DNA of 63,902 bases, counting the filler, from Olpidium bornovanus S191 (lineage: Eukaryota > Fungi > Olpidiomycota): assembly GCA_017911155.1 (NCBI GenBank). It is 31 parts of 31 records of this genome, joined end to end, with 100 filler letters (N's around TTAATTAATTAA, not from the genome) between each part and the next. Parts side by side here need not be neighbours in the genome. Positions count along the whole stretch, not along the records: positions 8,100 to 11,643 come from JAEFCI010005840.1; positions 11,744 to 12,783 come from JAEFCI010004013.1; positions 12,884 to 14,425 come from JAEFCI010008522.1; positions 14,526 to 16,922 come from JAEFCI010012453.1; positions 17,023 to 21,325 come from JAEFCI010003765.1; positions 21,426 to 23,043 come from JAEFCI010012138.1; positions 23,144 to 24,603 come from JAEFCI010002088.1; 24 more parts are not named here. One strand, given 5' to 3'. Positions 10,971-23,327 of the stretch are shown piece after piece (positions within the stretch are counted from its first letter, which is position 1; each line of letters starts with the position of its first letter). The position numbers and the translations under genes are program-made. A model generated the notes under the pieces. That model made no database searches. It had not been told where the DNA came from and saw nothing but the letters and a program-made list of their open reading frames with translations.

Positions 10971-11569
10971 GAGCGATTTCCCACTCACCTTTGCCCCCGG
11001 CGGCGACGGGAGGAGGCAAGGGCGGATGCGTACCGCGGGGATAGCGCATTTCGGCCGCTGAAAGGCGGATGTCGTCGCAAGAGACCGATGCAAGACGGAT
11101 TTGAACCAAGCAAATTTCCCAACGGCCATTTTATTTTATTTTATTTTATTTTATTTTATTTTATTTATTTTTTTTTTTTTTTTGCGGCAGTCGGCTTTAG
11201 AGAAAGTCTGTATACCCGCATCGGCCAATCACTTATCACCTGTTATTTTGGCCGTTTACTGTAGATTTCTTTTTTTTTTTTGCCGACCCCCGAGGGTTTT
11301 TTCGAGAGGTCGCTAATTATTTCCCTGTTCCTTCCTTTTTTTTTTCTTTCTTTATTTATTTATTTATTTTTGCCCAAGCGTTTGCTTTATGCACTCCGGC
11401 AGTGCCTGCTTTCCGCGTCTCGGCTCCCTTATCCCTCCACCCTGAATTCTTAGCCGTTTTTTTAAAACCCGCGGCTCGCATTCACGTGCAACATTGCACC
11501 CTCAACGGAAAGTCGACCCCTTTTGCTCTCTCTCGCTTTCCTCAACCCTGGCGTCCCTACATTCGGCAC

Positions 11570-11607
<38 letters not shown>

Positions 11608-12883
11608 CCGGGGGGGGGGGGGGGGGCGGGGGGGGATGAAGAANNNNNNNNNNNNNNNNNNNNNNNNNNNNNNNNNNNNNNNNNNNNTTAATTAATTAAN
11701 NNNNNNNNNNNNNNNNNNNNNNNNNNNNNNNNNNNNNNNNNNNGGAGGGTGGCGCGGGACGGCCGCCTCTCTCTCTCTCTCTCTCCGTCTTCTCCTCGTT
11801 CTTCTCTCTTCCCCGCGGCCGAGAGGGGATGGGCGTGCGCGGGGTGGGGGCCGCTCCTTTCCCCGCCCCCCCCCTCCCCCGCCCCCCTCCGCTCGCAACT
11901 CCCGGAGAGAGATCACACCGCTCGCCTCCTCGGCCCCTCGCCAAACTATCAGCATAACGCACACACACGCACACGCCCGCGACCGCGTTTCCCGGAGCGG
12001 ATCGCCTCTACATCACTTCCGAGGCACCCGTCGACGCGCCCAGATATCGAACAGGAACACCCGGTCTGCCATGTCTCAAGCGGCGACACGCACCTCGGCC
12101 GGCGAAGGAGCTGCGAATTGACCGTGGACGAACGGCCCCCGCCCGCCGCGGACCGGCGAGTAAGGCCACAAAGACAATGCGAGCGACAGCCATGTCACAC
12201 CCGGACAAATCGGTTAAACTTCCCGATTGCATTTTCTGCATCAATTATCCGGCTGTTATTGCGCTCCGGAACCCCCAGTTTCATTGTGGTTACGATGGAC
12301 AGATGATTGCCAGCATTTCTAGGTGGGGTTGGTTACCCGTTTTCGGGCGGGGCCCACATCTATAATGCCTCAATTTCCGTCTTTCCGACGGAAACCAAGT
12401 GCACAAAGATCCGCTCAAGAAACGTGGTGACCAAGGCCAAGGCTACAACTAGCCAAACACCCCGTGCCTAAGCTTCAGGATCTTGAAACCCCGGCGGGGG
12501 GCAGTTCACATCAACGCTCCAGCCGGGCACAGAGCTGACTTGCAGATGTTTTCGATCCTGTGAATAAAGCTGTTTACACAACAAAGGTGTGATCAGCTTA
12601 TAATGATTTTTAACGCGGCGGAACGCGCAATACCCACGGGCTGAAATCTCACCTACATGAAGCATGCCGGCAACCGGCGGTATAGGAAGCCGGACACAAA
12701 TCACTTACAGAACCTGCGTGGAATGGAAATGACGAAGTCAGACGCGGTGAGAGTGCGAGGTGATTACATTTCTTCAGAACGCANNNNNNNNNNNNNNNNN
12801 NNNNNNNNNNNNNNNNNNNNNNNNNNNTTAATTAATTAANNNNNNNNNNNNNNNNNNNNNNNNNNNNNNNNNNNNNNNNNNNN

Positions 12884-12980
<97 letters not shown>

Positions 12981-13519
12981 CCCCCCTTTCCCCCCCCCCC
13001 CCCACCCCCCCCCCCCCCCCCCCGTCAGCCCCGCCCCAATTCCTTACGCGGAGCGCGAGCGGTTGCGCGTCACCTGTGCGCGCTGTCCGCCTCGGCCAAA
13101 CTCCTTGGCCAGGGCGCCTGGCCTGCTCGACGTCCGTGGGAAAACGGCGCGAACATTGCGCCTTGCCGGAAAAGACCTCGGCCCCGGGCAGCCGCGCGGC
13201 AGGACGGCCCGAGGACGATCAGGCTGCGGTCGGCACGGCGCGGAGGGACAACGCAGCAGCCTGCGCGGCCGTCTCTGAAGTGGTCGCAGGACACCAGGCT
13301 GCGCGTAGCGCGGCGAGGTGGCGTGGGGCCCGACACCGGAGGAAAACGGCGCGGTCGGTTGTGAAAGTAGGGGTTGTGCGGCGCGGATGAGGCACAGCGG
13401 TGGGGCCGGGGAAGGGAGGAGGGGGAGAGGGGAAAGTGATGATGGAACTTTGCCGAGCCGAGGGAAGGCGAAGACGCCGCGTACGCCGCGAGCCCGTAAG
13501 AAAGGGAAGGAAAGAGAAC

Positions 13520-13716
13520 TGTATTCGGGGTCTATTAACTATTTCACCCTGGGCTTATTTTATATGGCGGAGACTAAGGTGCGCTCGCTACACAGGGGTA
13601 ACGGAGGCTGGTGCGCACAGCGCGTCCGCGGCTCCGCCCCCCCCCCCCCCCCCCCTTTTTTTCTCCCCCCCCCCCCCCCCGCCCCCCCCCCCCCCCCCCC
13701 TCTTTACTTTCTAACA
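13520..13716 (-). mobile_element. 3' LTR of a Ty1/copia element (left boundary approximate; includes a homopolymer run)
   Basis: PPT tgaggcgggg followed by TGTTAG; internal CATATAAAATAAG TATA-like motif; candidate end ...GAATACA. Confidence 0.6.
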
Positions 13717-14425
13717 CCCCGCCTCACTGGGCGCGCCATTGCCCATAATCGCCCCAAACCTGTATAATCCGTAACTTTCTTCTTTTGATCCTTCCGCCCC
13801 TTGGCGGTTTCTCGTTTACGAGATTTTCTCAAGGGCTTGCACCCCGATCATCTTCCTGAATTTATTGAAATTTCACCTTGTTCAAAAGCTTGGTAATAAT
13901 ATCGGCGAGATTCTCCGCCAACGGGACGCGCTCGATCGCTGTGACTCCCTCCGCAGCGCATTGCCGGAGGTGATGGTGCCTGATATTGATGTGCTTCGAG
14001 CTTGATGATACCTTCGCGTTAGGAGCGAGTTCAGCGGCGCCGGCGTTGTCTATCCACAGCCTACTCGGCCTTTGATGGTCTTGTCGATTTGCCCCGCTAT
14101 TGCTCGCAGCCATTTGTATTTCTTGCGTTGCCGCCGATCCCAAGATGAATACAGCTTCGTAGGGGGACACGCCGCGACGCATTTCTGACGGGTCGATCTC
14201 CATGAGATGGGACTTTCCCCATACTCAAAGATGAAGCCCTCATCATTCTGTTTTCTGCCACGGGGGCCATCTTCCCGGCGTTGTCGTCTCTTTTCGCCCT
14301 TGGGGCATGCGCGTATACCAAATTCCCAATCGTACGAAGGTGATCCAGGCACAGACTGTCTCGCCCCGTGAAAACCAGATGCGGGGTCTGACCGTCGATG
14401 CCTCGATGCGGAGATCAATTATAGA
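13717..14425 (-). mobile_element. Degenerate Ty1/copia RNase H / 3' region
   Basis: WIDNAGAAELAPNAKVSSSSKHINIRHHHLRQCAAEG...ENLADIITK; GESPISWRSTRQKCVA in another frame (frameshifted). Confidence 0.9.
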
Positions 14426-14525
14426 NNNNNNNNNNNNNNNNNNNNNNNNNNNNNNNNNNNNNNNNNNNNTTAATTAATTAANNNNNNNNNNNNNNNNNNN
14501 NNNNNNNNNNNNNNNNNNNNNNNNN

Positions 14526-15506
14526 CATGCCTCGTCGCACGCCATAGGAAAGACCGAGCACACCTTTGCTTTCCAGTCCTCGACAGCCATTTCGACCTGC
14601 TTCGTCTTCAGTTGCGCGTTACGGTTTTCTGTCTCCAGGCTCAGCCTCACTTTTTTCAGCTGTACCATCCGCTGGTAAAACCGCTCAGTCTCGCCCTTGT
14701 GTTCGGCAGCCAGCTTGTGGATTTCGCCGGCGTACTTCAGCTGGGAGGTCGATGAGGGCACACCGGAGCACGAACAAAGTGTTAGCCTGTGTTCAAACCT
14801 GGAACCCCGCTCTAAAGCTGTCCAAGCAAAACGCTTACTCTGGCTTCGAGAAGCATGTCCTTGACGTATTGCAGATTTTTTTCGAGGATCGCCTTTTCCT
14901 GCGACAGGTGAACCTGTGAAAAAAAACGCGTTTGGTGATTAGAGAAAGAAGACATGACCGACGGAATATGACAAACTCCTCGAGCAAATTTACGTTGAAC
15001 CGTTCTTGCTGGGCCTTAACCTGCTTGTCAAATTCCGCCTTGGTTAACTCGAGCGCACTGGCCTGCCGTTCGATCCGTTGTTTGGCCTGCTTGAGCTCAA
15101 AGTTCAGCTTGCTGACCAGCTGCTTCTGCTCCGCCTCTGAAGGATGCACCGGGTCAGGATACGTTCACTGGTGCTCGCACCGGTCGGTTCGTCATTGCAC
15201 AGTAGACCCACCAACAGCGCTGGGCAACGCGGGCGCGCCAGAGGCGTCGGTGTCCTCGCCCTCGACTCTTGGCCGCTGCAGGGTTATTGTCGTTCCAACT
15301 GCTTGTCACATGACGGAACACTCTGCTGTCCTCTCTCGATTACCACCGCAAAGTGCGCCGTATCTCCCGAAAAGCCGGGTTCCCCGGAGAACCGGGCAAG
15401 CAGCATAGAATTCTCTGGGGACGAGGCGCGAGACGGGGTAGGAGGGACGGAAGGGGAGAGAGGGTGGGGTGGCGTGGGTGAGGGGGAAGAAGGGAGGGGG
15501 GGGGGG

Positions 15507-15596
<90 letters not shown>

Positions 15597-16040
15597 GCGC
15601 ACCTTTCTGCCTGCCGGCGAGACATGCGGCAACGGCGCACACGGCCCTGGAGGCGGTGGCTGAGGTGAATGATGGCCAGGTGCGGCAAGTGCAGAAGCGT
15701 GCATGACGGCGGCTGGTGCGGGTATTTCGGGCGGTTGCGGCGCGGGTCTGCCGACGGCCGTCGTCGCCGGCGCGGCGGACAACTTGCTCGCGGAGCCGGC
15801 GAAAGGGACTGCGGCCGACGGGCTGGTTGGCGCGCTGTTCGGCGCAAGCGGGACACCAAACGGCGCGTGCCGGACGCCGAACGCCGCCGCCGCCGCCGCC
15901 GCGCCCGGCGATCCCGCTCCGAGCGCGAGCCCCGCACCGGGCCGCACCCCCGCAGGAGCGGCGACTCCTGGCGCCGGCGGCGAAAAAAGAATCCTCTGCC
16001 TGAGCTGCGGCTGCCGCCTAGCGCCAACCAGTTGCGCCGC

Positions 16041-16071
<31 letters not shown>

Positions 16072-16271
16072 CTGTCGGTGGGGTCGGCGCCGCTCGCAGG
16101 TGCCGGCGACGTGGCCGCGCCGTTCCCTGGGGTGGCCAACGGTGCGGCGCCCTCGGGCCCCGCGAGCGTGGCTTTGTCAGCGGCGCTCCCCTCTTCGGGC
16201 GTACGGCCGTTCGCGACGGCGAAGGCGGGCTTCGCGTGGGCCGCGGGCGCCCCGGCATCGTCGGTGTCCAT
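14526..16271 (-). CDS. Uncharacterised spliced protein: low-complexity N-terminus plus coiled-coil exons, 3' partial
   Basis: MDTDDAGAP... start at 16271; donor AAG|GTGCGC at 15603; heptad-rich exons EAEQKQLVSKLNFELKQAKQRIERQ... and QLKYAGEIHKLAAEHKGETERFYQ...; exon phases uncertain. Confidence 0.5.
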
Positions 16272-17022
16272 GCGCGTGTCTGGTGCGCTTTGTCTCTCTT
16301 GCGCGAACGTGCGGGACGGGGTGTTTGCGCAATTTTTTTTTTTTTTTTTTTGGCGTTTGGGAACGAGGGCAGGGCGACGGGGCTGTGGGGAGGAGGAGGA
16401 GGAGGCGGGGATTGATTGGGGGGAAAGAGGAGGCCCCAGCCTATTTTTTTTTTTTTTTTTTTTCGTTCTTCCGGCTGAAGCGAAGACGCCGCGGGGTATG
16501 GAAATATTGTCTGCGTCCCGTCTGTTGGCAAGGTCGAGCACGGCGCGCCGTTCGCACACCGCCGAACTCCTCTCGCAAAGCCTTCTTCGAATCTGCCTGA
16601 GCGCTCTAGGCGTGCGCCAACGGGGCCCAAAAGGGATGTCGGTGCTCTTCTATTGTGCAATCGTATTCTATGCAGACCCCTTAGAATGCAAAAGAAATGG
16701 ACGTGAAGCGGAGGGCTGCGTGCGGTCGTCACGGTTTTAGAGCCCCCGAGAAGAGTAGAGGAATGTTGGGGGGAGGGAAAGGATAGGGGGGCGACGGGGC
16801 GGCGATTACGCTTAGGAGAATGCGTGTAGATTCCGGCTAGTCCGACTTCGCATTGCACGTCTTTGTTGAACGAGGAGATTTTTGTGTGTCCATCAGCCGG
16901 TTGGGTTACGCAATAGCCCATGNNNNNNNNNNNNNNNNNNNNNNNNNNNNNNNNNNNNNNNNNNNNTTAATTAATTAANNNNNNNNNNNNNNNNNNNNNN
17001 NNNNNNNNNNNNNNNNNNNNNN

Positions 17023-18361
17023 CATGCACACCAAGGGTTTAACAGCCCAAGATCTGTCATCTTTCCACACGCAAAATGCTGCCTGTATGCTGCTCGGCTC
17101 ACAGCAAGCAAGATTCATAACAAAGCCTGTCACTTATGCAGCCATCGGTTCGCTGTCATCGCGGGATCAGCCGATGCTGGGCATCAGGCGCTCGTCGAAA
17201 TTCTGCATTCTTGCATCGTCTGAATGCGATCCATCTCCTTCAAGCACGAAAAGGAGATGCGCTTTGATGCCACTGTCAGGAAAAGGAATGATATAAATTT
17301 TTTTGGCACTGATGCAACTCCTCGCGATGTGGGAGAATGAGGCACACACCATTCCATAATGATGTATGAGTGCTGGCGGACATCTGGGCTGGGCACGCCT
17401 TTCCCGGGCTAGCTTTGACAGTTTACTTTTGCCTTATTGTGGAAGGAAGGCACCACAGAGTTCTTTTGGTTTTCGGGTACAGATTGCAGTATATACGTAT
17501 ACAGCGAGCCAATATCAACACCCCTTTGCACGAAGTACCGTCGACGATACTTTCTGAATGGGACCAGATATCACTGTGGTCAGCGCGATTGAGCAATAAG
17601 TCGCAACTACGTTCAATATGATTAACCCGAGGCCGTTGACGTTTGCCCTTGGCATGCGCTTCACGCGCGACGCAGATGACGGGATCACGATTATGCAAAC
17701 CCACCTGATCGACGAGTTGCTACAGGATCATCAGATGGATAATGCCAACACCCAGCGCACACCGTTGGGGGCCCCTATGCTGGGGTCACTTTTTGTGGGG
17801 ATGAGCAATAACTAGTAACCAGTGGCCGACCTTAAACGGCAATATGCAGAGATCATCGGCAGCTTACTTTACCTGGAAACACATTCATGCCCCGAAATAG
17901 CATCTGCTGTAAATTTCCTCTCGCAATTCGCGCACAAGCCGACTGTCCAGCATGCGGCAGCAGCGAAGCGAATCTTACGCTATCTGAAGGGAACAAAAAT
18001 GCACTGGACTCATTTCCTTGCGGAAGATGCTACGGAGGACGACTTACGCTTAGCACTGCAGGCCTGGTCAGATTTGGACTGGGTGGGCTGTAGGGACACC
18101 CACACATCTTCAACTAAATATGTTGTGTTGTTTTTAACCTCAATCATCTCATGCCATTAAGTTCGAAAATCCTGCATAGCGACCAGTTCTACGGAAGCAG
18201 AATTTGTAGCCGCATCCACCGCGGCACAGGAGATATGCTGGCTCTGTTCACTCTGTGGATGTATCGATCCTCCCCTCGTTAATAATCCCACACCACTCGG
18301 ATTCGATGACAACGGGGCAGTTGAACTCGCTGGCGACGGACGCATTGGAAAACGTTCAAAG
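17023..18361 (+). mobile_element. Degenerate Ty1/copia pol (RT-RNase H), element A, interrupted after ...IGKRSK
   Basis: TVDD (degenerate YVDD), ALGMRFTRDADDGITIMQTHLIDELL, YAEIIGSLLYL...PEIASAVNFLSQF...AAKRILRYLKGT, WSDLDWVGCRDT, SSTEAEFVAAS; multiple frameshifts and stops. Confidence 0.93.
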
Positions 18362-18481
18362 TGCCGAACGGTCGTCCCGCCGGGAATTATATAGATCACG
18401 TGACCCATGAATAAAGAACACCGGGAGCGGGGCAGAAGGGGACCCCCCCGGTCCGCACTTTCCAAACAAACCTTCGAGACA
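18362..18481 (+). mobile_element. 5' LTR (120 bp) of nested element B
   Basis: TG...CA termini, TTATATA then AATAAA inside; directly followed by a PBS; interrupts the RNase H frame of element A. Confidence 0.8.
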
Positions 18482-18493
18482 GGTTATGAGCCC
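18482..18493 (+). promoter_or_regulatory. Primer-binding site complementary to the tRNA-iMet anticodon arm (half-tRNA primer type)
   Basis: GGTTATGAGCCC is the reverse complement of GGGCUCAUAACC, the PBS type known for Ty5 and Drosophila copia. Confidence 0.85.
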
Positions 18494-19056
18494 AAGCCGG
18501 ACCTGACGGCAAAGCTCGCCCTCCGCAGCGCAACCGCCGTGCGCCCTCCGCCGCGCAACCGCCGCGCGCCGCTGCCGCCATCGCTGCGCGCCCTCCGCTG
18601 CGCAACCGCTGCGCGCCCTTCGCCGCCCATCGCCGCGCAACCGCCGTCGCCCGGCGCCGCCGCCGCCATCGCTGCGCACCATCCGCTGCGCAACCGCCGC
18701 GCACCATCGCCGCGCAACTGCCGCTCGCCCTTCGCCGCACTCGCCATCGCTGCGCGCCCTCCGCCGCGCAACCGCCGCGCGCCGCCCCCGCCATCGCTGC
18801 GCGCCCTCCGCCGCGCAACCGCCGCGCGCCCTCGCCGCGCAACCGCCGCGCCGCCGCCGCCGCCATCGCCGCCATCGCCGCACGCCGCCGCCGCCGCCGC
18901 CGCGCAACCGCCGCGCGCCCTCCGCCCCGCAATCGCCGCGCGCCCTCCGCCGCGCAACCGCCGCGCGCCCTCCGCCGCGCGCCCTCCGCCGCGCGCCGCC
19001 GTTGACGCCACAGGAGAGGACTTGCGTACATGCACGCGACGGACAAGAGCAAAGTC

Positions 19057-20772
19057 ATGAAGAGAAAAGGCGCCGCCGCAGCGCGGCCTGGCGGCCAACT
19101 CGTGCCGTCACTTCTCGACGAGACATTCAAGAGGAACACGCGTTCCAGGTCGAAGCAGCAACTCTCAGAGCAGCAGGCCGCCATCGTCACAGAGCAGCTG
19201 TCCCGCGCCTCGAGAGCGCCGCTTCGGCACTCCTGATCTCGTTTAGAACAACAACTGATGCGCCAATCACCACGCCCGCTGCGCTTCTTGTATCACAGGC
19301 TGGCCGCTTTCCTGGCCGTTTCCCAACTGGAGAAACGCCGAGCACCACGCGTGACCAAGGGGATACCCAGTCGGTCTTCGCTCCTCGCCAAGGTCGACCT
19401 CGCAAACAACTCGTCAACGATGATGACGCAGTTGACGTGTCACTTTCACATGACCACCAACGCCTGCTCTTTTGCAGGACGCCGCAATACGAGCGTGGAC
19501 AGTACGAAAACGAAGCCGGCATGGCCCGGAAGGTTGGAAGCGAGTATGAAGGGAACGACCGCTTCGGCGGTGCCAGCGGCGACGGGGGGTCACTTGACAC
19601 GTCTCCTTCGGCTCCTTCAACCGATCCACACAGCTTCGTAAGTGCTAGGAATCAGGGCAACGTGGTGGAAAATCGGGGCACCGAGCTGCGCCCAGACACG
19701 GTGCAGGATTTTGTACCACAGTGCCTTCCGCATACTCCTAGGTATACTTCGGGTTTTGAGCTGTACCCCAACAGAGCTCCATACCCGCAACAAGGCATAC
19801 CAGGGACATACTACGCCATGCCCAAATGGTACGCCACGATGCCGGGTGTAACCCCGGCACCGCTCGACCCGAATCGCGACCATGAGGCAACACGCGAACT
19901 CAGGAACAGCCTCACAAGCAAGAGAAACACCGCTCCATGGGACCTTCTACCTCTTCGTCGTTGAGCTCTTCGGACGACGACGACGACCACCAGTCGCATC
20001 ACTCGCGCCGGTCGCACCATACAAGGAAATCAAAGTCGTCGAAGTCATCACACTCTCGTCTGTCCCATCACTCGCATCAGCGCCGTCAGCCATCGAAAAG
20101 CAGATCAACCTCGAGCTCGGATTCCGAGTCGGATGACAGTGACAGAGACGATCAGACGAAGAAGATGAAGCATAACCATCAGACCCGCGAGGAACGCGAT
20201 CTCGTAAAGGCCATGGGCGCCAATCTACCCAAGTACGACGGTAAGCGTGACGCCGCAGCTCTGCGTACGTACATCAGATGCCACGACGAGTACTTCTCCT
20301 TCATCTGCGATTGAGTCAGCGAGCGCATGCAAGCCACGTTCGCAGCACAGTGACTTACCAAAGACGCCGCGGATTTTTGGAATCACCTCCAAGAGTCCCT
20401 GGATGAGAAGTGCAACACGTGGCCAGAACTCCAAGAGTGTCTTCGGCGTCGGTTCCTCCCGAAAGATCTCGAGAAGCGGACTTTCGAAGAACTCTGGAAC
20501 GTCCGCCTAAAGGACTACGATTCTGTCTCGGAATCCAACATGGCATTCAATAAGGTTGCGAACCTACTCTTCACGACACCGCAGTCCATGGTCCTCGACT
20601 GTTACGTCCAGAATCTCGCCAAGGGCGGATCCACGTGCGAACAGCGCATCCAGGACCTAGTCCTGGCCCATCCCACATATGAGGAGTCTCTCTCGAAATG
20701 CCAAGAGATTGCTCTCGAGAAAGACATCCATCCACGCGCAAAGAAGGATGCTACGCCGGTCGCCCGAAAAGC
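19057..20772 (+). mobile_element. Degenerate retrotransposon gag (Ty3/gypsy-type capsid motif) of element B
   Basis: LPKYDGKRDAAALRTYIRCHDEYF...*LTKDAADFWNHL...TWPELQECLRRRFLP; in-frame TGA at 20312 and 20351; long disordered N-terminal part with frameshifts. Confidence 0.75.
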
Positions 20773-20899
20773 TGAAAGTAATAGCTTCAACCAGCTTTTC
20801 TCTTCTGTTTTTCCGGTTCGGTGTTTTCTCTTCGTGGTTTTGTTTTTAATTACAGGCGTTCTGTTTTCTCTACGTACTCGCACGGGTTTCTCCGCAACA
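20773..20899 (-). mobile_element. 3' LTR (~127 bp) of copia element C, inserted antisense into the gag of B
   Basis: Minus-strand PPT gagaagggg followed by TGTTGC at 20899; candidate CA end at 20773 (boundary inferred). Confidence 0.6.
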
Positions 20900-21325
20900 C
20901 CCCTTCTCGAGTGCGTGGAAGGTTAACTATTTAGGGAATGAATATCTGGCGGTCAGAAACATTGGGTTCGAAAGAAAAAAAAGGAGGAAAAAAGGAAAAA
21001 AAGGGTCGCAATTGGTGGCTCCGGATCCTGACGCGTCGTCTCCCCGTCGGCTCGTCGGTGCCCTTCGTAGTTCTCGCCGAACTTCTTTGGTTTACTCGCG
21101 CTGCGACGGGCAAGCCACGATGCGCAGGTTTTCGCAGTGTTGGATGAAGTCGGGTGCCCGTAGGCCCTTCGTGAAAAAATCTGCGAAGTTGTCGGCTGAT
21201 CTGACGGGTATCGGCGCGACTTTCTTCTCGTTGACGCATTCGCCGACGTGGAGATGGCGGATCTCAATGTGCTTTGAACGCTTTCCGATTCGTCGAATGT
21301 CCTTCGCGATTTCGATCACTCCATG
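20900..21325 (-). mobile_element. Ty1/copia RNase H C-terminus and 3' UTR (element C)
   Basis: RIGKRSKHIEIRHLHVGECV...VRSADNFADFFTKGL. Confidence 0.92.
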
Positions 21326-21638
21326 NNNNNNNNNNNNNNNNNNNNNNNNNNNNNNNNNNNNNNNNNNNNTTAATTAATTAANNNNNNNNNNNNNNNNNNN
21401 NNNNNNNNNNNNNNNNNNNNNNNNNCATGGAATTAGTGGGGAGCAGACCGATTGTAATATAGTGGCCAAATTAACAAAAGAAAAGAAAAAAGAATGGATA
21501 CGAAAGGAAATTTTATCGACGAGGGATCCCCATTCCGCTTTCAGTTGGCGGCAGAACGTACTTTTTGGCCGCGGCGCTCGCGTTCCCCCAAGTCATGTTT
21601 GCTCAGCTCGCCACGAGGGGACCTTGCACACTCATGAT

Positions 21639-21672
<34 letters not shown>

Positions 21673-22322
21673 CCGGAAGAGCGCCGTTTTTTTGGACGTG
21701 AAGTTTAGTGTTTTTTTTTGCATTGCTGCGTCTTGGTCCTTAGAGGCGAATACAAAAAAGAAAAATGCTTCCCGGGACGCGAAGTTTCTCGAGAAGTGGA
21801 GGTGGGGATGGCGGGCAAAGTTCGGCCTGTCCGCGGCGAGCGAGTCTGGGAGGCTTCGGCTCAGGGGGTCCTGAAGCACACGCCCTGTTCGAGGCTCGTG
21901 CTTTCCCGGACGCCGTTCCCCGCGAACTTTCGCCGTATTATTGATCAAAGTCCTGCCGTCGCATTTTCCACCGCATGTGCACCACTCCCTCATCCTCCAC
22001 TCTTCCCACTCACCACCACGTCCCCTCCATCCTCGGAGGGAAAAGGCAAAAGTTTCTTCCCAAGCCGCCGACGTTTGTCGGTGGGGCACAGCCGCAAAGT
22101 TACGTGACGACGTATCCGGCGCCCGAAGCGAATTGAAAGGAGCTCGCAGTTTGTCATTCTTGGTGAAAAATCGTGGGGGATGATGGGGAGGAGGGGAGGG
22201 AAAGCTATGTGCGGTCGATAAACAACGAAATTATATCCCCCCCATTTTCCGCCCGTCCCCCGACTTTTCGCTACGACCTCTCGAGGGGGAGGAGTGGGGG
22301 GGAGGAGGGGGGGGGAGGGTTT

Positions 22323-22450
22323 TGGTTTTGAAGGAGCTCCGAAGAGCGTCTGCATTCCGCCGGTCTGCCCGGTTTATGGAGGGGATTCCAGGGGTGAATT
22401 CAGGGGCGTGATGTGCGCAGTGCACCTCGTTCTCCCCATTTTTTCCAACA
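22323..22450 (-). mobile_element. 3' LTR (~128 bp) of copia element D
   Basis: PPT tgaggcgggg then TGTTGG; ends ...GAGCTCCTTCAAAACCA; colinear similarity to the LTR at 5328-5479. Confidence 0.7.
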
Positions 22451-23043
22451 CCCCGCCTCACTGGGCACATCTATCTAACTACCTGAATGACTGGCCATGG
22501 TCACTGTCTAAAATGTTCATCTACCTTAATTTCTACGCAACGTCCTTGAGTTCGGGCGGTTTCTCGTTTGCGTCTTTGATGCACATCCCAAGCCTTTCGC
22601 GAAGTCCCGTAAATTTGATACGGTCCAACGGTTTTGCACAGATGTCTGCGACGTTCTCGGCTGAACTGACCCGCGTGATGGCAATGATGCCATCTGCGGC
22701 GCACCTTCTAAGGTGATGGTACCTGATGTCTATGTGCTTGGAGCGTTTGGATGCCTTGGCGTCTGCTGCAAGCTTGGCGGCCCCGGAATTGTTGATGAAG
22801 AGTGTAGTTGGCGCTTTGGCCACTCTGTCATCTATGCCCTTGAATATTGATCTCAGCCACGCGACCTCTTGTGCCGCTGCTGATCCTGCGACGAACTCTG
22901 CTTCACACGACGAGGTGGCTATGCACTTTTGGCATGCCGATCTCCAGGAGATTGGTCCTTCTTGATACATGGCCACAAATCCCGTTATTGACGCTCGGGT
23001 CTCTCGGCAGCCGGCCCAGTCGGAGTCCGTGAACATGACGAGG
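22451..23043 (-). mobile_element. Ty1/copia RNase H domain, open reading frame (element D)
   Basis: FTDSDWAGCRETRASITG...PISWRSACQKCIATSSCEAEFVA...INNSGAAKLA...KRSKHIDIRYH...NVADICAKPL. Confidence 0.96.
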
Positions 23044-23183
23044 NNNNNNNNNNNNNNNNNNNNNNNNNNNNNNNNNNNNNNNNNNNNTTAATTAATTAAN
23101 NNNNNNNNNNNNNNNNNNNNNNNNNNNNNNNNNNNNNNNNNNNCCACTCCTCCACGCGCCGCCCGGGGAACCAAGGTTGGGGG

Positions 23184-23246
<63 letters not shown>

Positions 23247-23327
23247 CCTCAACCCCGCCCCGCCCCCGCTCACAAAAAACCCACCCCGCCTTCCTTTTTT
23301 TCTCCGTTTCCCGTTCGACGCGCCCAG

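Noticed and set aside
18356-19190. Ala/Arg/Pro-rich ORFs on both strands
   Set aside because: They arise from the GC-rich repetitive leader of retroelement B.
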